DNA from: the human T2T-CHM13v2.0 reference genome, Homo sapiens | NCBI RefSeq assembly: GCF_009914755.1 | Contig: NC_060931.1 | DNA: 64,000 bases | Direction: 5' to 3' (one strand) | Shown here: positions 44,824 to 58,277 of the stretch, piece by piece | Numbering within the stretch: the stretch's first letter is position 1 | Layout: each line of letters begins with the position of its first letter | Position numbers and translations under genes: made by a program | The notes under the pieces: generated by a model | The model's database searches: none | The model's input: the letters and a program-made list of their open reading frames with translations, nothing else | What the model was told of the DNA's origin: nothing

Positions 44824-46789
44824 GTGAGGCTTCTCTTTTTTATTCTTTCTGTGCTATAGAGTAGGAAAGGTATTACTTTTGTTTTTAAATGCCTTTCCTA
44901 CACTGTGATTCTTATATTGCCATCTGTCACTTGCTACATAAGTAACTATTTTTTTCCACTTAGGCATTTAATGCATATTCATGTTTCTCTGTCCTGCTTT
45001 TGAGACACTTGTCAGATTAGTCCCTTAGGTGTCTTCATGCAGAACACTGTTTCAAGTCGATTCGGCAATCATATCATCATCCTCAAAATCAGTACACCCA
45101 TGAACATATTTGGTTTGTACAAGGTATTTTATAATAAGCTCAGATAAAATGTTTAAATATATGGTGGTTCATGTAGTCATAGACAATATTAATGAGATAG
45201 AGAAAAGAGATTGGGTAAATTATACTTTTTAAAACAGTTTTACCAATTCAGATGCAGTTCACTTGGGCTGTGTGGAGTTTGACTTATGTTTATGGAAAGA
45301 ATGAGAAAGAAAAGATCAAAACCTGGTATAAAAAAGAGTAGTGGAGAACAAGATAAAATGAAAGTGATAGCAAGGCTTGTAAGGTCCTTATCTACAGTCT
45401 GGCAGTCTCTTTACAGGGGCCTTTCAAAGCATAGTTGGCTTCATAAAAATTACGTGACTACATTTAGCACTATGTGAATAAGAAGAGGGCAGGCTTGGAG
45501 GCACTTCAGATAGAATGTGAAAAATTGGAATAGTAATATGCATGACATATTTCAGTTTCTAATACAACTGACCCTTGAACAACATGGGTTTGAACTGCAT
45601 GGGCACACTTACATGCAGATTTTAAATAAATGAGTAAATTTTTTGGAGATTGAGACAATTTGAAAAAACTCAAAACTGTGTAGTGTAGAAATATTCAAAA
45701 ACTAAAGTATTCATGAATGCATAAAATATATACAGATACTAGTCTATTTCATCATTTACTACCATAAAATATACACAAATCTACTATACAAAGTTGAAAT
45801 TTATCAAAATATATGAACATAAGCCCTTACAGACTTTATATGGTGCCATTTGCAGTCAAGAGAAATGTAAACAAATGTAAAGATGCAGTTTTCAATCATA
45901 ATTGCATTAAATTAACTGTGGTACACACTGTACTACTATAATAATTTTGTAGCTACCTCATGTTGCTACTGTGGTGAGCTAAAGAGTTGCAAGTATCTCC
46001 TTAAGATGTCACATAATGCTAATCATCTCTGCAGAAGCAGTTTGTCTCTTTAGCAGATCACAAAAAGTGATCTTTCGTGGTTTATTCTCATGTATTTTTC
46101 ATTGTGGGTAGTACAGTATTGTAAACATTGAATAATACCATGGGACCCACATGTAGTGCTTCTAGTGATACTGCAAGTGCTCCCAAGAAGCAGAGAAAAG
46201 TCATGACATTACAAGAAAGAGTTGATTTGCTTGATAAGTATCATAGATTGAGATCTGTAGCTGCATTTGCCCATCATTTCAACATAAATAAATCTAGTAT
46301 AAGTACTATTTAAAAAAAAAAAAGGAAATTTGTGAAGCTATTGCTGCAGCTACACTGGCAGGCATTAAAACTTTGCCGTTTGCAAAATGCCTTTTGATCT
46401 CCAATTAAAAATGCAGCTTTTTGGTGGGTGCTATATTTTTTATAGCAAAAAAAATGCCTTTCTTGCTATAAAAAGGCATACCTATAGACTCTACTATGAT
46501 TCTAGAAAAAGCGAAGTTATTATATGACAACTTTACAGGAAGGTGAAGGATCTGAAGCTGGAGAATTTAATGCCAGCAAAGGATAGTTTGATAATTTTAG
46601 AAAGAGGTTTGGCTTTAAAAATGTCAAGATAACAGGAGAAGTAGAGGCAGCAGACAAGTTCCCAGACACCATCAAGAAAATCACTGAGGACAAAGGATAT
46701 CTGCCTGAACAGATTTTTAATGCAGACAAATGTGCCCTATTCTGAAAAAAAAAATGCCACAAAGGACATTTGTTAGTAAGGAAGAGAAG

Positions 46790-47225
46790 TGTATTAGTCA
46801 GGGTTCTCTACAGGGACAGAACTAATAGGATATTTAAGAAGTATGTAAGAAGCATTAACTCACACGATCACAAGGTCCCACAATAGGCCAGCTGCAAGCT
46901 GAGGGGCAAGAAAGCCAGTTTGAGTCCCACAGCTGAAGAAGTTAGAGTCCAACGTTCAAGGCCAGGAAGCATCTAGCACAGGAGAAAGATGTAGGCTGGG
47001 AGGCTAAGCCAGTCTAGTCTTTTCAGGTTTTTTCTGCCTGCTTTATATTCTGGCTGTGCTGGCAGCTGATTAGATGGTGCCCTCCCAGATTAACGGTGGG
47101 TCTGACTTTCCCAGCCCACTGACTCAGATGTTAATCTCCTTTGGCAACACTGTCTCAGACACACCCAGGATCAATACTTTGCATCCTTCAATCAAACCAA
47201 GTTGACACTCAGTATTAACCATCAC
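46790..47225. mobile_element. MLT2A-like (ERVL) solo LTR nested in Tigger2
   Basis: tgtattagtcagggttctcta...gtattaaccatcaca; perfect 5-bp TSD AGAAG (46785-46789, 47226-47230). Confidence 0.9.
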
Positions 47226-47904
47226 AAGAAGCAAGCATCAGGCTTTAAGGCAGAAAGGGATAGGCCAACACTACTGTTTTGTGCAAATGCAGTAGGGTTT
47301 ATGATCAGGACTGCCTTTGTCTGTAAAGCTGTTAACTTTGAGCCTTGAAGGGAAAAGATAAACATCAGCTGCTAGTTTACAAGAAGGCCTGGACCAATGA
47401 TAACCTTTTTTTCTGGACTGGTTTCTTTGATGTTTTGTCACTGAAGTCAGGAAGTACCTAGCCTTTTAAAGTTGTTTTGATTTTGGACAGTGACCCTGGC
47501 CACCCAGAACCCCATGATTTAAACACCCAAGGTGTCAAAATGGTCTACTTGCCCCCAGACATGTCTCTAATTCAGGCTCTAGATCGGGGGTTATAAGGAC
47601 CTTTAAGGCTCATTACATGCAGGACTCAATAGAAAGGATTGTCACCAAGGATTGTCTTTTACCCCAATGGAAGAGAACATCATGAAAGTCTGGAAGGATT
47701 ACACCATTGAAGATGCCATTGTTGTTAAGAAGAAGTCATGAAAGCAGTCAAGCCCAAAACAATAAATTTCTACTAGAGAAAACTATGTCCAGATGTACAT
47801 GATTTCACAGGATTTACGACAGAGCCAGTCTAGGAAATCATGAAAGAGATTGTCGATATGGCAAAAAAAAGTGGAGGGTGAAGGATTTCAAGGTATGGAT
47901 GTTG

Positions 47905-48030
47905 GGCCAGTTTCAGTGGCTCATGCCTGTGTTTCCAGCAGTTTGGAAGGCCAAGGTGGGAAGATTGCTTGAGGCCAGGAGTTTGAGACCATCCTGAGCA
48001 ATATAGTAAGACCTCATCTCTATTAAAAAA
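47905..48030 (+). mobile_element. Alu left monomer (FLAM-like)
   Basis: Single arm ending in A-rich linker. Confidence 0.85.
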
Positions 48031-48829
48031 TTTGAAAAATCACGCACTAATAGTCACCACACCAGAGGAATTAACAGAAGGTGACTTGAAGGAGATGAGT
48101 GCTTCTGAACCAGAGCCAAATGACGAGGAGGAAGACATAGTAGAAGCAGTGCCAGAACTGATGTTAGATAATCTCACAGAAGCGTTCTGATTATTCAAGA
48201 CTGTTTTTGATGGCTTTTATGACATGCACTGGACCCTTCTATGATAGGAGCATTGAAACTAAAGCAAGTGGGGCAAGGGTTGGTACAGTATAGAAACATT
48301 TTTAGAGAAATGAAAAAGCAAAAAGATAGAAATTACAATGTATTTACATAAAGTTACACTGAGTGTGCCAGCCTCCCCTGCCTCTTCTTTCATCTCTTCT
48401 ACCCCAAGACTAGACCACTGCATTTTAAATGTATTACATGCTGATTGTAAAAAAAAAAAAAGTTGTTAAATATAAAAACTACATAAGAACAAAGTTATCT
48501 ACATTTCCATTACATGGCATAAGACTATAATTATATGATGCTCCCAACCTATAATGTATGTAGACTGTATATTTACACTGTAAATATTTGTGTCCTTTTT
48601 TGTGAATTTCATTCTTGCTTATTATTTCAAGCAGTTTACAATGCTATTAAGTATGCTTTGAGATATTTTGATGGTTGTATAATTTCCAGTCTTAGGATTC
48701 CTATGATTTATCTAACTGCTTCTCTACTATTTTGTTTTTCCATCATTACAAATAATGTATAAGGTTATAAACGTATCCTTTCTCATTTCATCACACCATT
48801 GCCAACTCTAGTTATTATAAAAATTCTGT

Positions 48830-49123
48830 AGGCTAGGCATGGTGGCTCACGCCTGTAATCCCAGCACTTTGGGAGGGATTACACTAGATCACTTGAGGCC
48901 AGGAGTTCAAGACCAGTCTGGCCAACATGGTGAAACCCCATTTCTACTAAAAATACAAAAATTAGCTGGTGTGGTGGCACACACCTGTAGTCTGAGTTAC
49001 TTGGGAACCTGAGGCACGAGAATTGCTTCACACTGGGAGATGGAGGTTGCAGTGAGCTGAGATCATGCCACTGCACTCCAGTCTGGGCAACAGAGTGAGA
49101 CTCTTTCTCAAAAAAAAAAAAAA
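48830..49123 (+). mobile_element. Alu (S-like)
   Basis: Sense dimer with A tail. Confidence 0.93.
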
Positions 49124-50284
49124 GTATTTACTCATTTGACAGGCAAAAAATAACATAAATTACTTGTTTACCTATGAAGTAAAACATGTTTTCATTGTTT
49201 TTGGCATTGTGTTTCTTTCATGAATTGTCTGTACATGTAGGAAAGGCTGTTCTTTAGAAAGATAACTGAAATTTTTTTAAAAAATTGACACTTGAATAAG
49301 AATGGTTAATCTGTGGAGAGAAACATGTTTAGATGCTGCTAAATATCTGGGAATTCCATGCCAAGTGTAGCTGGAGAATGATTCGTGATCATGAATCACG
49401 AGGTGAAAACAAGGCAGGACTTCCTAAAGGTTTCTGTATTACTTTTCTGCAAATATAATCCACTCAGACATTGGTTTCATCATTATATACTGGGCTAGAG
49501 CATGTTCTTATTTTTATTTCTCTTTGTTTAACTTAAAGCACATGTTGAAGACATAATTTACTCTTTTTTTAAGTGATGTGAAAATTGCATGGTTTTCCAG
49601 AAGCATTACATTGCACATTTTAATTTTGAGCCTAATTCATATTTCGCTATAGAAACTTCTGTCTGTAAAGTGGAAGACTAGCTCTAAGTCAGGCTTCTCT
49701 CCTATTTATTTCAGCTTCCCAGGGCCACTTTTCTCACTTGCCAGATCTGGGATTTCTTATTAGGAGTATCTCGAGAAAGATGGTGGAAGGCATGACTTGA
49801 TCCCAAGAGTTTCTCTTTTTGACTCCTAGAAATAGCCTTTCTCACCTATCATCCTTCTCTGCCTTTTTTTTTTTTTTCAAACTTTCTTCAAGTACTCTTT
49901 AAAAACAGTTTAAATTTCATTAAAAACTGTAGCATGAATTCATATTCCAACTCATTCCAGTAGCACTTTAGGAAGGACTTTTCTAGGAAGGAGGTTTTTT
50001 GTTCTGTTTTAAACGCAGTAAGACCTAGCTTCAGAGCACTCTAGGGCTCTAGCTAATTTGTTCCCCTTTGTCCCTAGGTGCTAGTCATCTAATGAATGAG
50101 GTGTTTCTTAGCATTATCTACAGATATGGCTTTACCTTCAATTGTGTCAGGTTACATTTACCTAATGTCAGCAAGACTTCACATTTCATGTATGAATATC
50201 CAGATGAAATAAAGTCCTGGTTGTATTCACCATCACTATTTGGAGCCTTTTGTGTAATCATTAATCATTATTTATGCTTCACAG

Positions 50285-50405
50285 GTTTGTTGTGGCCTGT
50301 TCAGCCTGGAAATCCTGTCCCGAGACTGATGCGGAAAAGCTAGTTCAGCTGACTTTTTGTGCTTTTCATGATATGATACAGCTGATGAACTCTACTCATC
50401 TTTAG
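50285..50405 (+). CDS. CROT: CROT coding exon 16, ends ...QLMNSTHL* (PTS1-like THL)
   Basis: ttcacag| ... TAG at 50403-50405; total CDS 1839 nt. Confidence 0.97.
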
Positions 50406-50620
50406 AGATGAATCATCTATTAAGCACTTACCAAAACATATCATTAAACTGAGTGCTGGGAGTGAGTTGGTAATATGAGATGGGAAGGAATGTTGACTTG
50501 CTAACATTCCTTTAACAAGTTAAGAAAACTTGTTAAATGTAGAAATTAGTAGAATCATGCTCTCTAAATTTATTCTGCCATAGAAGGTAGAAATATTTTT
50601 AAGCTCCTCTGATGCAGCAG

Positions 50621-50704
50621 CAATGCAAATTATGACATAGTGAATATAGAACTATGCAGTATTTAAGCCTCAACAATCCAAATCTACAAACTTTAACAAT
50701 GCAA
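50621..50704 (+). promoter_or_regulatory. Two miR-33 8mer sites (CAATGCAA at 50621-50628 and 50697-50704)
   Basis: Exact complement of miR-33a/b seed UGCAUUG plus A1; CROT is an established miR-33 target. Confidence 0.85.
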
Positions 50705-50928
50705 GTCTTACTCTAATTTTTAAGTATTTTTGTTGGTACTTACATGGGTTATAAATCCTCTCTCTGGACATCAATGTAGAGTCCATCTTTCAAGCACTTT
50801 AATTTTTTTAGCTGCCAAAGGGTATGAATTACATTATTGTATGCTAATTTCCCTGAAATCAATGCCTTCTATGTTCACCACAGGGATACAAGCCTGTTAT
50901 GTTTGATGGGAAAGACCACTACAATCTA

Positions 50929-51258
<330 letters not shown>

Positions 51259-51378
51259 AACTCTTTTGAACAAACAGACAAATTAGCTAGTAGTATGGAG
51301 ATGTATACCCTCTATTACACACATAAAACCGTAACAAAATTCATTGTGGTGTATTATAATTAGTTTTGTGAATAGAAA

Positions 51379-51539
51379 AATAAAGCACTTATGTTTAAAT
51401 TTGTTACAGTGACTTTTAAAGGATTAATGTTGAATCACATTGTCAGAATTTTTTCCTCCTCGCTGTTCAATTTTGTAGTTTTTACTCTCAAAAAATGAAA
51501 TTCTCAAAATTATATAGCTTTTTGTTTTGTTTGAATAAA
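51379..51539 (+). terminator. CROT: CROT distal poly(A) signals (AATAAA at 51379-51384 and 51534-51539)
   Basis: Canonical hexamers followed by U/GU-rich tracts. Confidence 0.75.
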
Positions 51540-51579
51540 TGATTCATTCCTGTTTGCTTTTCTGGTGCTTTTTGACCTC

Positions 51580-52070
51580 AGTTATATATTGCTGTGTAAT
51601 TAACCATCCAAAACTTAGTGTCTTGAATCAGTTTATTGTTTCTCATTACTTTGTCAGTTGATTGATAACAGCTAGACAGTTCTTCTGCTCATCTTGCCTG
51701 TGTTTATTTGTACAGCTATAATCATCAGGCAGCCAGGACTGAGGCTGGAAAGTTTAAGATCACCTCACCAACTATCTGTAAATTTGGTGGCTGGGACTGT
51801 CTCTCCTGACATGGTCTCTGATCATCTAGTATTCAGAATTGAGCTTCCTTACTTGGTAGTGAGAGTGTTCTGAGAGGTGAAGGTCCCTTGAGGCCTAGGC
51901 CCTGAAGTCACATGCCATCACCTGGCTGCATTTTGTTGATTAAACCAAGTCACAAGAGAAGTCCAGATTCAAGGAGTGGGGAAAAAGTAATATCTTGATA
52001 AGAGAAAGTCACTTTGTAAAAGAGTGGGCACAGAGGGCATGATTATGGGTACTATAGCAATCTGCCAGAC
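51580..52070. mobile_element. MLT1 LTR in the intergenic gap
   Basis: aaccatccaaaacttagtg, caagtcacaag..agtccagattcaaggag motifs. Confidence 0.65.
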
Positions 52071-52399
52071 ATTTTAATATATGTAAAGATTACATCATAC
52101 TCAGGGTACTGATTCTATACATCCCTTTTAAAAAACATGTACGCTCTGAATTTGATAAGACTGGTTTATTGCTAACAATTAAGCCCTTTACACTGTGCCA
52201 GCCTCTGTCCTGAAAAGCATCAGTACTATTTCTCTGTGAAAACATTCAGAGTTGGCTTCAGTAGCATTTGATACATTTCTTCACAGTTGGTATAGAAAAG
52301 GAAGATGAGATCTGAACTAAGAACCTTTTCCCCTCATTCTAATGCAGGGTTTTAAACTAGATAGCGAGGACATTTAGAATCATTTGGTTGGTTTATAAA

Positions 52400-52598
52400 T
52401 ACAGGTTGAACATTCCAAATTTGAACACTAGAAATGCTCCAAAATCCAAAACATTTTGAGTGCTGACATAAGGAAATGCTCATTGGAACATTTAGGATTT
52501 CTGGACTTGGGATGCTCAGCCAGTGTGTATAATGCAAATATTCTGAAATATGAAACACTTCTGATCCCAAGCATTTTAGATAAGAATACTCAACCTAT
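52400..52598. mobile_element. Tigger4/MER46-like MITE
   Basis: TIRs ta-caggttga ... tcaaccta-ta; gaaatgctccaaaatccaaaac internal. Confidence 0.75.
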
Positions 52599-53826
52599 AA
52601 TGTGTAATGAGTTGCGTATTTTGGAGACTGCATCACCTGCACAGAAACCTCCTCTCACTCACACTTCACCACTTTTCCTAACTTGCCTGATGTGAATAAT
52701 CACCTAGAGTGTATTTTAAAAAACAGATTCCTGGGCCTCAACCCAGACCTACTGAATCAATTATTTTGTTTACGAATAGATGCCCCATGATTCTGATCAG
52801 GCAAGTTTGGGTATCATTATACAGGAATAGGTCAAACACTACTTTGGGTCACTGCAGTAATGTACTTTTTGCCCCACTTTTATCTTGGTTAATCTGAAAC
52901 TTGATCCACTCACACAGTGGTCACATTTGAAAAATTCTTTGGTAATATGGCTTATTACAGTTAGAAGAACTTTGGATGATTTACTGAATTTAACAACCTG
53001 ATAGAGCGCTAAGAACTAATTTGTTGCAGAAAATTGTGGAGAAAACAAAGGGAAAATTATTGAAACATTTCAGTGTGGTTAGCTTCTAGGGGTTGTCTAT
53101 ATTTTTTGCTTTCCATCTAAACATACCTTTCATTGTAGGAAAAACGGATTTTCTGGGAAAAGTAGTCTATTTATAAAAGAGAACGCAGTTGCTATAGAAA
53201 CTCAGCATGTATCATTGATGTTTGATGTTTGAAATTATACTGATAATTGTACATTTTAAATTAATGAGTTTAAAACTTTAAAAAAATACTTAATGATAGG
53301 GCTCTTTCTTGCTTTATGGAACCGATATGTGCTTTCAGAGTTAGCTCAGTAGGGCAATTTCATTTTCTCTTGATGTTGGATGATAAAGCTGGAAATTCAT
53401 TCATTTAAAAAACTTTGATTCCACAATAGAATGATTTAGAAAATTACCAAGAGAGATGAGGCTATTGAACAATTTATTTTTCTTTTGTACTTGGGAAAAT
53501 TATTCCCAAACTTTCCTGTCTACCCAACCCATTCAGGACCATAAGACCATTTCCCTATGTCTGTGGCTTCTATATTTCTACACCTGTACTTACCTTGAAT
53601 TTTGTTCTTTTTCTGGATGTTTCTAATAACTTAGGGAGAGCTAGCCTGTTGTTTCAATACTTCATCAAGACAGGTGTCACTTCTAACTCTCAAATTTCAA
53701 ATGCCGTAATAAACCCCAAATTGGGTCTTCTAAATTGATCTAGAATGAGACAGACATACCTATGTTTTATGATGACAAACCAGAAACTTATTTTACAAGT
53801 CAGATAAAATGGTAGAATAATTTGAA

Positions 53827-53832
53827 TTTATT
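53827..53832 (-). terminator. ABCB4: ABCB4 proximal poly(A) signal (second candidate at 53473-53478)
   Basis: tttatt on + is AATAAA on -, 24 nt after the stop. Confidence 0.7.
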
Positions 53833-53856
53833 TTTAAAATATACTGTAGCAAAAGT

Positions 53857-54063
<207 letters not shown>

Positions 54064-54480
54064 CTATTGATAAATCAGACAGACACCTTATCCCAAAAAT
54101 TGTATAAATTAGTTTTAACATTCAAGTAAATTTGAAAATGTTACCTTTCTAATCAACTTTTAATTTCTAGTATCTTAGAATCTTTGAACTTTATGCATGT
54201 GTATTTTGTATAATCAACATTTAATCTACATAGTTATGTTCTGCTTTTTAAATGTAACACAAATGGGTTCCCATGCTGTAAAAAAATTCATAAGTATTTA
54301 AATTTTCTAATCTTCTGTTTAACTAGTTCCCTTTTGAGTATTTTCCAGTTTTTCATTCCTAATGTGCTAAAAATGTAATTTGTGCAGCTTTTTTCTTTTG
54401 AATGCTTTACTTTATAAAATATATAATCATTTTAGAAAATTTAGAATAAAATATTCCATTACTTCAAAATAACCACTATC

Positions 54481-54775
54481 AGCCGGGCAAGGTGGCTCAC
54501 GCCTGTAATCCCAGCACTTTGGGAGGCCGAGGCAGGCGGATCACAAGGTCAGGATTCGAGACCAGCCTGGCCAACATAATGAAACCCTGTCTCTACTAAA
54601 AATACAAAAATTAGCTGGGCATAGTGGCAGGCACCTGTAGTCCCAGCTACTCAGGAGGTTGAGGCAAGAGAATCGCTTGAACCCTGGAGGCAGAGGTTGC
54701 AGTGAGCTGGATTGCGCCACTGCACTACAGCCTAGGCAACAACGAGACCCCGTCTCAAAAAAATAAAAATAAAAA
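54481..54775 (+). mobile_element. Alu (Sg-like)
   Basis: Dimer with TSD aaccactatc. Confidence 0.95.
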
Positions 54776-54781
54776 CCACTA

Positions 54782-55105
<324 letters not shown>

Positions 55106-55279
55106 TTACAAGAAAAACATTTAGAGTCAATAACAGTTTCTATAACGTTGTTTCAACTTAACAGAGTGTTTATTTTCAAAATCAAACTAGAAAACTAGTG
55201 ACTTTAATTCTCAATGGTATTCTACAATAGGCTATCTTATAATTAACTTTCTTTAAAATAGGAGGAGGATACTCTAAAA

Positions 55280-55570
55280 TAACAAATGCTATAACGGATA
55301 TATGAATCAATAAGTCATTTGTTGTCATTATCAAGTATTATGCACTGTACATAGTAGTATGTGCTATACTCTTATACAACTGGCAGTGCAGTCGCTTTGT
55401 TATGCCAGCATCACCACAAATACTTGAATTTTGTGTTGCACTATGATATTATGACAGCTATGTCACTAGGCAATAGGAATTTTTCAGTTCCATTATAATC
55501 TTATGGGAACCACTGTGGTATACGCAGTCTGTCATTGACCAAAATGTTGTTATGTAACACAGGACTGTAG
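55280..55570. mobile_element. Tigger3/MER7-like fragment
   Basis: ccattataatcttatggga...gttatgtaacacaggactg-ta end. Confidence 0.7.
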
Positions 55571-56119
55571 TAGTATACACAGCACACTATGAAAGATCAG
55601 AAGAAGGAGATAGAAGTTGTTATGGAGACAGGGTAGAAGGAGAAAAAAGGGGAAATAAATGAAAGAAATCTTTTTAGAGAAGTTTGGGGAGCTAGATTTT
55701 GAGAGAGCATTCTAGGCTGAGAAAGAGCATATGAATAGAGATGTAAATTGAGTCAGTTCAGTTTGCAGGGCTTATGCAGTGATGTATATCATGTGAATTA
55801 ATTTCCTAAGGTCCAGTGGTCACTTATATTAAGAGCTGAAGCTGTAAATTTTTCTATTCACAGTCAAATCCAATATTTGATTCAGGTCAATGTGCATTAA
55901 AGGTTGGTAAGGCTAACCAAAATGAAAGGGTTTTAAAATTTTATTTGTGGGTGTGAGTGATTTCTAACTATAGCAGAAAATAAAAGCAAAAATAATTAAG
56001 CTCTATGTCAGTGTAACCCAGTGGAACCCCGAATGCTGGAAGAATGCCATAAAATGAATTGTCCCTACCATCACTTTTAGGGACCTCAAGCCATCCTTCC
56101 AGGGCTACACATGTTTAAA

Positions 56120-57750
56120 GTGAACTAAAAATGGATCATGGACTGAAATTTAAAATGTAAAGCTATAAAACTTTTAGAAAAAAACATGGAGAAAATATTT
56201 TGGGCCTAGGGCTAGGCAACGAGTTCTTAGACTTGACACTGAAAGCATAATCCATAAAAGGAAGAATTGGTAAATTGGACCTCATCAAAAGTAAAACTTT
56301 TGCTCTGCAAAGACCTTCTTATAGGATGAATAAACAAGCTACAGACTGGGAGAAAACATTTACAAACTACATATCCAACAGTAATTACAATACGTTAAAC
56401 AAACAAACAAAAAAAACTTCTGAAAACTCAGCAGTAAAAGATAAAAATCCAATTAGAATATGGGCAAACAACATGGAGACATTTCACCAAGAGGATATAT
56501 AGATGGTAAATAAGCATATAAAAAACTATGTTCAACATCATTTGCCATTGGGAAATGCATATTAAAGCCACAGTGATGTATCACTACACTCTTATCAGAG
56601 TGGTAAAAATAAAAACTAATGACAACAGTAAATGCTGGCAAAGATTCAGAGAAACTACATCACTTACACATTGCTGGTAGGAATGTAAAATGGGATGGCC
56701 ACTCTGGAAAACAGTTTAGCAGTGGCTTATAAACTAAACATGAAATTGCCATACTGCTCCACAATTCTACTCCTGGGTGTTTATCCCAAAGAAATAAAAA
56801 CTTGAATTCATACAGAAACCTGTATACAAGTATTTACAGCAGCTTTATTTGCAATAGCCAGAAACAGGAAATAACCCAGCTATCCTTCAACAGGTGAATG
56901 GTTAAACTGTGGTACATCCACACTGTGGAATATCACTCAGTAATAAAAAGCAATGCCTATGAATACACACAACTTCAGGGAATTAGCTGAAAGACAAAAG
57001 TTAATCCCAAAAGTTTACATACTGTATATATTTTTATAAAACATTTTTAAAATATAAAATTATACAAACGGAGAACAGATTCATGTTTGCCAGAGTTTGA
57101 GAGGAATGAGGGTGGGAGGAAGGGATATATGCATGGCTCTAAAAGGGCAATATGAGGGATCTTTATGGAGATGAGAATGTTCTGTATCTTTTTTTTTTTT
57201 TTTTTTGAGATGGAGTCTCACTCTGTCGCCCAGGCTGGAGTGCAATGGTGTGATCTTGGATCACTTTAACCTCCGTTTCTCAGGTTCAGGCGATTCTCCC
57301 GCCTCAGCCTCCTGAGTAGCTGCAACTACAGGTGCCCACCACGACGCCTGGTTGATTTTTGTGTTTTTAGTAGAGACAGGGTTTCACCATGTTGGCCAGG
57401 ATGGTCTCAATCTCCTGACCTCGTAATCCACCCACCTTGGCCTCCCAAAGTGCTGAGATTACAGGTGTGAGCCACCGTGCCTGGCCAGTGTTCTTAATTA
57501 GTGGATCTATGAATCCCCATCTGCAATACAGCTGCACAGAACTAAATCCATATGCAAATGAATGCAAGTAAAACAAGGGAAGTCTGAATAAGATGAGTGG
57601 AGTGTATCAATATCAGTATCCTGCTTGTGATACTGTATACTAGTTTTGCAAGATATTGTCATTGGCAGAAACTAGGTAAAGGGTACATAAGATCTCTGTA
57701 TTCCTTACAATTACATGTAAATCCATAATTATCTCAAAATAAAAACTATA
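56120..57750 (+). mobile_element. Old L1M (MB/MC-like) 3' portion
   Basis: ORF2-end relic (DLIKSKTF, KQATDWEKTF) and 3' UTR ending aataaaa. Confidence 0.8.
57189..57487 (-). mobile_element. Alu (Sc-like) in L1
   Basis: Antisense dimer. Confidence 0.95.
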
Positions 57751-58043
57751 ATTGTTTTAAAAGTACCATAGGGCTAAACCAAACATGACTGCAGTCTAAA
57801 TGCAGCCCTCAACCACCAGTCTGTAACCTGAAGTATGGTGGTTTTGAGCTTCTCACTACATTTGTATGAGGTAGGCATAATGTATTCCCATTTACAAATA
57901 AGGAAGCTTGGTATCCTGAAGTGCCTTGTCCAAGTTGTTAATGTTAGTAAATCAACATATTTTGTTACAAGATTTTGTTGGCATAACTTTGGTAATTGTT
58001 TGGGGGATAAAAAGTAGTCTCTTCTGATTTCAGCTACTCTTTA

Positions 58044-58277
<234 letters not shown>

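Larger units (their letters stand above)
45563..48415 (+). mobile_element. Near full-length Tigger2 DNA transposon, transposase pseudogenised
   Basis: ta-caactgacccttgaacaacatgggtttgaactg TIR; APKKQRKVMTLQERVDLL..HFNINKSSISTI HTH relic; frameshifts and stops; right end missing. Confidence 0.88.

Noticed and set aside
46128-47780. Domesticated TIGD-like transposase gene
   Set aside because: Frame broken by stops, frameshifts and an LTR insertion
49383-49401. Hairpin TCGTGAT-catga-ATCACGA
   Set aside because: A 7-bp stem is expected by chance in 64 kb; no ncRNA context
50403-50411. Stop-codon read-through creating a cryptic PTS1
   Set aside because: TAG context is not the UGA-CUAG motif, and a second stop follows after one codon
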